NCBI GenBank assembly: GCA_965263355.1
Contig: CBDHHL010000056.1
Location: 882,241 to 922,240, forward strand
Length of the DNA: 40,000 nt
Direction of reading: 5' to 3'
Source: Leptolyngbyaceae cyanobacterium
GTDB lineage: Bacteria; Cyanobacteriota; Cyanobacteriia; Phormidesmidales; Phormidesmidaceae
Shown here: positions 34,454 to 40,000 of the stretch, piece by piece
Layout of the letters: every line of letters starts with the position of its first letter
Numbering within the stretch: the stretch's first letter is position 1
Notes under the pieces: generated by a model
What the model saw: the letters and a program-made list of their open reading frames with translations, nothing else
Databases searched by the model: none
What the model was told of the DNA's origin: nothing
Program-made: the position numbers and the translations under genes

Positions 34454-37400
34454 CTATTTTCCCCCCTTTACTGCTGTCATCCGTCCGGCAGAGCCATTCC
34501 TGGTAGATCTCATTGGCATCTCTCCTGATGATTTAGGGGGACCGGCACCGATGGACTTGCGCCGACTGACATTGGCATCGGCATACAGCGTCCAATCCTC
34601 TGCTGCATCGCCTTGAGTCAGTCGGCAGCTATAGATCTGCAGCTGGCATTGATCGGCTGCTCGGGGGGTCAAGACCACCTGTACCCGTTGATCCCCCTGG
34701 CTGGATAAAAACAGGGGATAGTAAAGCTTGAGGTTGGTAATTTGATTCCAGGGTTCCTGAAACGCCGCCTGGGTCGCCTCCAGGGCAATTTGCAAATAAC
34801 CAGTATGGGGCATAATCACCGTGTGCCAGACCTGATGATCCTTAAGCCAGGTGAGATAGGTGTCATCGACAACAACATCCCAAACATACGCATCAGCCCA
34901 GGGAGCCGGAGGAGACAAGCGGTACCCTAAAATTGGGTGGCGCTCTCCAGAATAGAGTGATGATTTCCTAATGTCTGGGTCAGATATTGAACTGGCTGCA
35001 GAATCACACCAATAGCGCTGTCGCTGGAACGGATAGGTAGGTAGGGCAATTTTTTGACGTTGGGGTGCATCCGGATAAACACCGTGCCAATTGATTTTCA
35101 CACCTCTTATGTACAGCTCACCCAGGCTCGTGAGCATTTGTTGCCAGTCATTTTGTCTAGGTCTTAGGCTAGGCAACCAGGCTTTTCCATCTGCCGGTAA
35201 AAACTGTTGCCCCATGCCCAACAAAATCGGCTTTGGTCCACATTCAAGAAAGATATCACAGGTTTGATGTAGTGACTTGATGCCTGCTGCAAAATTAACG
35301 GGAGAAAGGATGTGCTGGCACCAATAGTCAGGGCTGGCAACAGCATCTGTTGCCAGCTGCCCCGTGATATTGGAAACAAACTTACGTTGGGGCAGAGCGT
35401 AACTGACCTGTTGAGCCACTGCCTTAAACTCCGCTAACATGGGTTGCATTAACGAAGAGTGGAAGGCGTGGGAGACCTGTAGTATTTTATGCTTCACGCC
35501 ATCCTTATCTAACTGGGTGACAATACCCTGAACAGCAGACTCCGGACCAGAGATAACAGTACTGCTGGGGCCATTGATAGCTGCGATCGCAACCGTCTCC
35601 TCTCCAGACAATGCAATGGCTGCCCTAACTCGCTCCACTGAGGCCATCAGGGAAACCATCCCCCCCCCTGATGGTAACTGTTGCATCAATCGACCGCGGG
35701 CGGCAATCAGCTTCAGTCCATCCTCCAGACTAAAGACGCCTGCGGCCCAGGCAGCCACATACTCGCCAACACTATGCCCCATAAAGACTGTAGGCTCGAT
35801 TCCCCATGACTCCCACAGTTGATACAACGCATACTCTAGAGAAAACAATGCAGGCTGCGCATAGGCCGTTTGGTGAATCAGCGTTGCCGTATTAGATGAG
35901 CCATTACTTGAACTATCACTGGGGTGTTGAGGATACAACACTTGCAACAATGGGATGTCCAGCCAGGCATCTAGAATCTCACTACACCGATCCAATGCCT
36001 GACGAAAAACCGACTGTGTAGCATAGAGTCGTTTACCCATATCTACATACTGGGAACCTTGTCCCGTAAATAGACAGGCAATTTGGAGAGATTTCTGCAG
36101 ATTGACACCCCCATTGCTTTTGAGATAGCCAACTGCCTCTTCCTGACAAACAACTGCTTCGAGTTGCTGAGTTAGCTTCTGAACCGAATCATGCACCAAG
36201 GCTAATCGATGATCAAAATGGGACCGCCCCGTATTGGCACTGAAACAAAGATCGACAACAGAGACGTCAGGATGGTGAAGCAAAAACTCACGATATCGCT
36301 GCGCTAAGGCCCGCAATGCACCCTCATCTTTAGCAGAAATTGTCAATAGATGAAGGTCATGTTGTAGCACAGAGGCCCCCAAGCTGTTTGTCTGACAATC
36401 AGGGCCAGAGCCCGCAAGCTTGGCAATACCAGCTAGTCCAGACAAGACCACATGGGCATTGGTACCGCCAAACCCAAAGGAACTTATCCCCGCGACCCGA
36501 CCTGTTTCAAGGGGCCAGTCTGTCAGGGCTGTGGGAATCTTTAAAGGCGTATTCTCTAACTTGATATAAGGATTTAGTTGCTTGAAGTGTAAATGGGGGG
36601 GAATCCGACCATAGTGCAAAGATAAGACCACTTTAATCAACCCTGCAATACCCGCTGCAGCTTCTAAATGGCCAATATTGGTTTTGAGAGAGGCAATCCA
36701 ACAAGCCGAATCCTGCTCTCTCTCCTGCATCAGTACGGTTTTAAGCGCATTCATCTCAATGGGATCTCCCAGGGATGTACCGGTGCCGTGTGCCTCTACA
36801 TAGCTCACCTGGGAAGGTTCTACACTCGCATTGTTAAGTGCCTGACGAATCACATCCTGCTGGGCGAGGCCATTGGGAGCTGTTAGACCATTACTACAGC
36901 CATCCTGGTTAATGGCTGAGCCTAAAATAACCCCGAAAATAGAATCGTTATCTGCGATCGCGTCTGCCAGACGCTTGAGCACTACCATTCCACACCCTTC
37001 CCCTCGCACATAGCCATTGGCATCCGCGTCAAAGGCCTTACAACGGCCATCAGGAGCCATCATCTGGGCCAGAGAAAAGGTGGTTGTAAGCTGATGCGTC
37101 AGCATTAGATTAACGCCTCCCACAAGGGCCAGGGAACATTCCTCCTGTCGTAGACTTTGACAGGCCTGGTGAACCGCCACCAGGGAAGAGGAACAGGCAG
37201 TATCGATGGCCAAACTAGGACCCCGAAAATCAAAGGCATAGGAAAGGCGATTGGCTGCAATACTCAGGGCATTGCCGGTGCCAACATAGGCATTAAGTTG
37301 ACTCAAATCATTGAGCTGCAGTTGAGCATAATCTGACGTACTAATGCCGACAAACACCCCTGTTTGACTACCTGCCAGATCGGCTGGGGCCAAATTCGCA

Positions 37401-39865
37401 TTTTCTAAAGCTTCCCAGCTCACTTCTAAAAGCAGCCGCTGCTGTGGATCTAAGCTGGTAGCCTCGCGGGGAGAAATACTGAAGAACTCTGCATCAAACT
37501 GATCAACATCACTCAAGAATCCTCCCCATCGACTGGTATTGAGTCCAGCAAGTGCACTGACATTCCAACGCTCATCGGGCACTTGAGTAATGGCATCCTG
37601 CCCAGTTTGTAGCAATTCCCAGAATGCCTCCGGAGTGGGCGCCCCTGGAAAGCGACAGCCAACACCAATGATGGCAATCATGTCTGGATCGACCTGAGGG
37701 GAACCCAACCCATTTGATGCAGGGGAAGAGGAGGGCACTTGATTTGCCTGGGCTGGGGAGGACACTGAATCACCAGACAAATATTGCGTCAAATTGGCCA
37801 GGGTTGGATAGTCGTAAAGCAATGTAGGGGAAATCTCTTGCCCTAGCCAATCTTGCAACTGCCCCGATAATCCCACCGCTACCGCAGAACTGAGCCCATA
37901 GTGGGCCAAGGGTTCATAAATATCAATCTCATGGGGAGCCACCTGCAATTGTGCCGCCACCTGAGCAATTAACCAAGCCTGAATCGTTCCTGCATCGGGA
38001 AAATCAAGCACTTTAACGGGCTGCTTTTCCACCTTTGGTAAAGGAACTCGGCTTGTTTCACCCAGCTGCCAACTCGCAACAGAATTCAAGCCATCGTTGG
38101 CAAATTCAGCTTGACATGTTCGTCGCCTCACCTTGCCGCTGGATGTTTTCGGCAAACTACCCGGCTTTAGCAGTTGAACTGCATATAGGGGTAAATCATG
38201 GTACTCAGATACAGCCCTGCGCATCTGGCAAAAAATCTCATCAGGAGCCAGTTTGCGCAAATAGCGACGCTCCACTTCATGAACCACCACCAGCTGTTCT
38301 TGTCCTTCAATTTCAAGTCCAAAAGCGGCCCCACCACCCGCTCGCAGGGCCGAATGACTGCGCTCAATGGTCAATTCAATATCCTGGGGGTAGTGATTTC
38401 GTCCCTGGATAATAATAAGATCCTTAATCCGTCCAGTGACAAAGAGTTCTTTATCTCGAAAAAAACCTAAATCACCTGTTCGCAAAAATGGTCCTTCTCC
38501 GGTGTCTGCAGTAAAGGCTTGAAAGGTCTCTCTTGTCTCCTGAGGGCGTTGCCAATACCCCTGGGCAACATTGCCACCTGCCACCCAAATTTCACCTACC
38601 TGCTCAGGCAAACAGCGGGTTAAATCTTCAGGATTAACAATAATAATCTCTTGCTCTAACCAGGTTTGCCCACATCCAACAATCCCTTTACTATAAAGCT
38701 GTTTAACAGCTTGATTTTCATCGGCTACAACTACTTGGTTCTGACTTAACGCATCCTCCTGAACCTCGAAGATCACGGGTGCTTGTGCCTTTAATCCTCC
38801 CGAAACCAACAAACTGGTTTCTGCCATACCATAACAAGGATAAAAGGATTGCCAATGAAACCCACAGGACTCAAAAGTAGCTGAAAACCTCCGTAAGGTG
38901 TCTTCCCGTACGGGCTCTGCGCCACTATATGCTACATCCCAAGAACTCAAGTCTAGGCTCGCTCGTTGTTCAGCAGTAGTTCTCTGAATACACAACTCAT
39001 AGGCAAAATTAGGGGCACCACTGGTGGTGGCACGATAGTGGGAAATAGCCTGCAACCACCGCAACGGTTTTTGTAAAAATGCAACCGGTGGCATTAGAGC
39101 ACAAGGAATACCTAAATAAAGAGGCTGCAGAACATTACCAATCAATCCCATATCATGATGTAGGGGAAGCCAACCGACAAAAATAGTCTGATCGGTATGC
39201 CCAAAGGCAGCCTCAATCATGCGTTCGTTGTACATCAAATTGGCATGGGTCAGCATGACGCCTTTTGGAGTACCGGTTGACCCAGATGTGTACTGCAGGA
39301 ATGCCAATGTTTTTGCAGTGATACCGGCATCTTGCCAGGGGAACACCTGCTCGGTGAGAAGATCCTTATCAGTCACCAACCATTGAACAGGAGAAGAACA
39401 CCCAGGAGACACTAAATGCAACTGGAGTTGCGCCAATAACTTGGTGGTTGTAAGGACTACACTAGCATCAGCATCGGCAACAATGGCCTGCAGTCGGATT
39501 GCATTCCGGTTAGCCCGAGGAGGATATGCAGGCACAGCAACCAAGCCTGCATAGAGACAACCAAAAAAGGCCGCTATAAATTCAAGACTTGACGGATAAA
39601 CCAGGAGTGCGCGCTCCCCTGGAGTGCAGGTCTGCCGAAGTTGAGCAGCAATGACACGAGCCTGACAATCCAGCTCTAGATAAGTTAAACGACCCGATTC
39701 AGACTCCCCATCTTGGAGAAAAATATAAGCAGTTTGGTGCGGTTGATGCTGGGCTCGATAGCGCAACAGATCTATCAATGTATCGGAACAAGCTGGCCTG
39801 CTCGAACTACATTCCTCATCTAGATAACTCTTGCCTGAATTCGCCCTCATTGATATCTTCACCAA
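34454..39865 (-). CDS. Loading/first-extension PKS: FAAL - ACP - KS - AT - DH first half
   Basis: 1803-aa ORF. The ORF-track start is TTG at 39865, and the first ATG is at 39848-39850. It contains a FAAL ([51 protein letters not shown]), an ACP (YGLSSAVAV), a KS (DTACSSS, EAHGTGT, NIGHLE) and an AT (GHSVGE, HAFHS). Only the N-terminal hot-dog half of a DH follows. Confidence 0.95.
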   Translation of the reverse strand: MVKISMRANSGKSYLDEECSSSRPACSDTLIDLLRYRAQHQPHQTAYIFLQDGESESGRLTYLELDCQARVIAAQLRQTCTPGERALLVYPSSLEFIAAFFGCLYAGLVAVPAYPPRANRNAIRLQAIVADADASVVLTTTKLLAQLQLHLVSPGCSSPVQWLVTDKDLLTEQVFPWQDAGITAKTLAFLQYTSGSTGTPKGVMLTHANLMYNERMIEAAFGHTDQTIFVGWLPLHHDMGLIGNVLQPLYLGIPCALMPPVAFLQKPLRWLQAISHYRATTSGAPNFAYELCIQRTTAEQRASLDLSSWDVAYSGAEPVREDTLRRFSATFESCGFHWQSFYPCYGMAETSLLVSGGLKAQAPVIFEVQEDALSQNQVVVADENQAVKQLYSKGIVGCGQTWLEQEIIIVNPEDLTRCLPEQVGEIWVAGGNVAQGYWQRPQETRETFQAFTADTGEGPFLRTGDLGFFRDKELFVTGRIKDLIIIQGRNHYPQDIELTIERSHSALRAGGGAAFGLEIEGQEQLVVVHEVERRYLRKLAPDEIFCQMRRAVSEYHDLPLYAVQLLKPGSLPKTSSGKVRRRTCQAEFANDGLNSVASWQLGETSRVPLPKVEKQPVKVLDFPDAGTIQAWLIAQVAAQLQVAPHEIDIYEPLAHYGLSSAVAVGLSGQLQDWLGQEISPTLLYDYPTLANLTQYLSGDSVSSPAQANQVPSSSPASNGLGSPQVDPDMIAIIGVGCRFPGAPTPEAFWELLQTGQDAITQVPDERWNVSALAGLNTSRWGGFLSDVDQFDAEFFSISPREATSLDPQQRLLLEVSWEALENANLAPADLAGSQTGVFVGISTSDYAQLQLNDLSQLNAYVGTGNALSIAANRLSYAFDFRGPSLAIDTACSSSLVAVHQACQSLRQEECSLALVGGVNLMLTHQLTTTFSLAQMMAPDGRCKAFDADANGYVRGEGCGMVVLKRLADAIADNDSIFGVILGSAINQDGCSNGLTAPNGLAQQDVIRQALNNASVEPSQVSYVEAHGTGTSLGDPIEMNALKTVLMQEREQDSACWIASLKTNIGHLEAAAGIAGLIKVVLSLHYGRIPPHLHFKQLNPYIKLENTPLKIPTALTDWPLETGRVAGISSFGFGGTNAHVVLSGLAGIAKLAGSGPDCQTNSLGASVLQHDLHLLTISAKDEGALRALAQRYREFLLHHPDVSVVDLCFSANTGRSHFDHRLALVHDSVQKLTQQLEAVVCQEEAVGYLKSNGGVNLQKSLQIACLFTGQGSQYVDMGKRLYATQSVFRQALDRCSEILDAWLDIPLLQVLYPQHPSDSSSNGSSNTATLIHQTAYAQPALFSLEYALYQLWESWGIEPTVFMGHSVGEYVAAWAAGVFSLEDGLKLIAARGRLMQQLPSGGGMVSLMASVERVRAAIALSGEETVAIAAINGPSSTVISGPESAVQGIVTQLDKDGVKHKILQVSHAFHSSLMQPMLAEFKAVAQQVSYALPQRKFVSNITGQLATDAVASPDYWCQHILSPVNFAAGIKSLHQTCDIFLECGPKPILLGMGQQFLPADGKAWLPSLRPRQNDWQQMLTSLGELYIRGVKINWHGVYPDAPQRQKIALPTYPFQRQRYWCDSAASSISDPDIRKSSLYSGERHPILGYRLSPPAPWADAYVWDVVVDDTYLTWLKDHQVWHTVIMPHTGYLQIALEATQAAFQEPWNQITNLKLYYPLFLSSQGDQRVQVVLTPRAADQCQLQIYSCRLTQGDAAEDWTLYADANVSRRKSIGAGPPKSSGEMPMRSTRNGSAGRMTAVKGGK
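34568..34939 (-). other. DH N-terminal hot-dog half only
   Basis: aa ~1643-1766: HPILGYRL...[27 protein letters not shown]. The catalytic His codon is at 34835-34837 (checked: CAT on the minus strand). A 37-aa basic tail and the stop codon follow. Confidence 0.75.
35186..36082 (-). other. AT domain 1 (malonyl-type)
   Basis: aa ~1262-1560: [26 protein letters not shown] (the HAFH motif associated with malonyl-CoA selectivity). Confidence 0.85.
35583..35590. repeat. HIP1 palindrome GCGATCGC
   Basis: Exact 8-mer read at these coordinates. Confidence 0.9.
36440..37687 (-). other. KS domain 1
   Basis: aa ~727-1142: [13 protein letters not shown], active-site Cys in IDTACSSS (C891), [19 protein letters not shown]. 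Confidence 0.9.
36954..36961. repeat. HIP1 palindrome GCGATCGC
   Basis: Exact 8-mer read at these coordinates. Confidence 0.9.
37775..37993 (-). other. Loading ACP
   Basis: aa ~625-697: [13 protein letters not shown]...[25 protein letters not shown]. The serine motif is GLSS rather than GxDS. Confidence 0.75.
38096..39784 (-). other. FAAL (fatty acyl-AMP ligase) domain
   Basis: aa ~28-590 of the 1803-aa ORF. Adenylation core motifs are present, plus the FAAL-typical [20 protein letters not shown] and the [10 protein letters not shown] tail. An ACP follows directly. Confidence 0.85.
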
Positions 39866-40000
39866 TAAAAATTTTCACGAAGCCTGGTCAAGCCAAATAC
39901 TCAATAAACCCTTCAATTAAAGTGTTATACCCCAACACTACGTCAAAAAACAGGGCACACTTCTTATCTCAAATCATTTCAGAAAAGAGAAACACGCGTC

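Noticed and set aside
34447-34567. Possibility that the boundary between the FAAL-PKS gene and the LLM-KR-ACP gene is a frameshift or pseudogenisation of a single larger gene.
   Set aside because: The downstream gene starts at the native N-terminus of the LLM domain family (MKFGLMFFAS) with an ATG only 4 nt after the stop. Both flanking reading frames are intact for kilobases. A sequencing error cannot be ruled out from the sequence alone, so this is listed as a check in the split-DH finding.
37886-37897. The loading ACP has GLSS instead of the usual GxDS phosphopantetheine motif.
   Set aside because: A serine is still present at the attachment position and the surrounding helix II sequence looks normal. 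This is not enough to call the domain inactive.
3891-38470. About 45 plus-strand ORFs of 60-125 aa in the ORF track (for example 8940-9269, 20342-20653, 38035-38412).
   Set aside because: All lie antisense inside long minus-strand megasynthase genes whose translations carry continuous conserved PKS/NRPS motifs. Their own translations are low-complexity (Pro/Arg/Gly/Ser-rich) with no recognisable motifs. They are most simply explained as open antisense frames in GC-balanced coding DNA.
39866-40000. Search for the operon promoter or an NtcA-type GTA-N8-TAC site upstream of the FAAL gene.
   Set aside because: Only 135 nt of upstream sequence lie in the window, and no convincing -35/-10 pair or GTAN8TAC palindrome was found. 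The promoter may lie beyond the window edge.
1-40000. Scan for CRISPR arrays, tRNA/rRNA genes, IS elements or inverted terminal repeats, and phage or defence genes.
   Set aside because: No short direct repeats with regular spacers, no cloverleaf-like or rRNA-like segments, and no transposase- or integrase-like ORFs were seen. Essentially all of the sequence is accounted for by the nine biosynthetic genes.

Overview
The whole 40-kb window is one minus-strand biosynthetic gene cluster, a hybrid PKS/NRPS assembly line primed by a fatty-acyl-AMP ligase (FAAL). In order of action (right to left) the genes are: FAAL-ACP-KS-AT-DH(first half) | luciferase-like monooxygenase (LLM)-DH(second half)-KR-ACP | KS-AT (no ACP) | ACP-aminotransferase-(C-A-T)x3 | PhyH/EctD-like dioxygenase | Asp/Glu-type racemase | (C-A-T)x3-TE | JmjC/cupin-8 oxygenase | AT3-SGNH acyltransferase. 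This follows the iturin/puwainaphycin-type logic for a beta-amino fatty acid joined to six amino acids. My hand-read A-domain pockets suggest X, Asn, an Asp/Glu-like residue, a basic residue, then two Orn-like residues. Eleven exact HIP1 palindromes (GCGATCGC) point to a cyanobacterial genome. I saw no rRNA, tRNA, CRISPR, transposase or phage genes. Six points are most unusual. (1) One PKS dehydratase fold is split across two proteins, with an LLM oxygenase domain between the halves. (2) The KS-AT | ACP-AMT module is split, and a 26-aa helix motif is duplicated on both sides of a 186-nt AT-rich spacer. (3) The terminal thioesterase has Cys instead of Ser in GxSxG. (4) A divergent module with a DARH-type pocket sits next to a McyF-like racemase. 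(5) Two Orn-type modules are tandemly duplicated. (6) All three C domains of the last NRPS deviate from HHxxxDG. Domain boundaries are approximate, taken from motif positions. Substrate codes were extracted by hand alignment and need computational confirmation.
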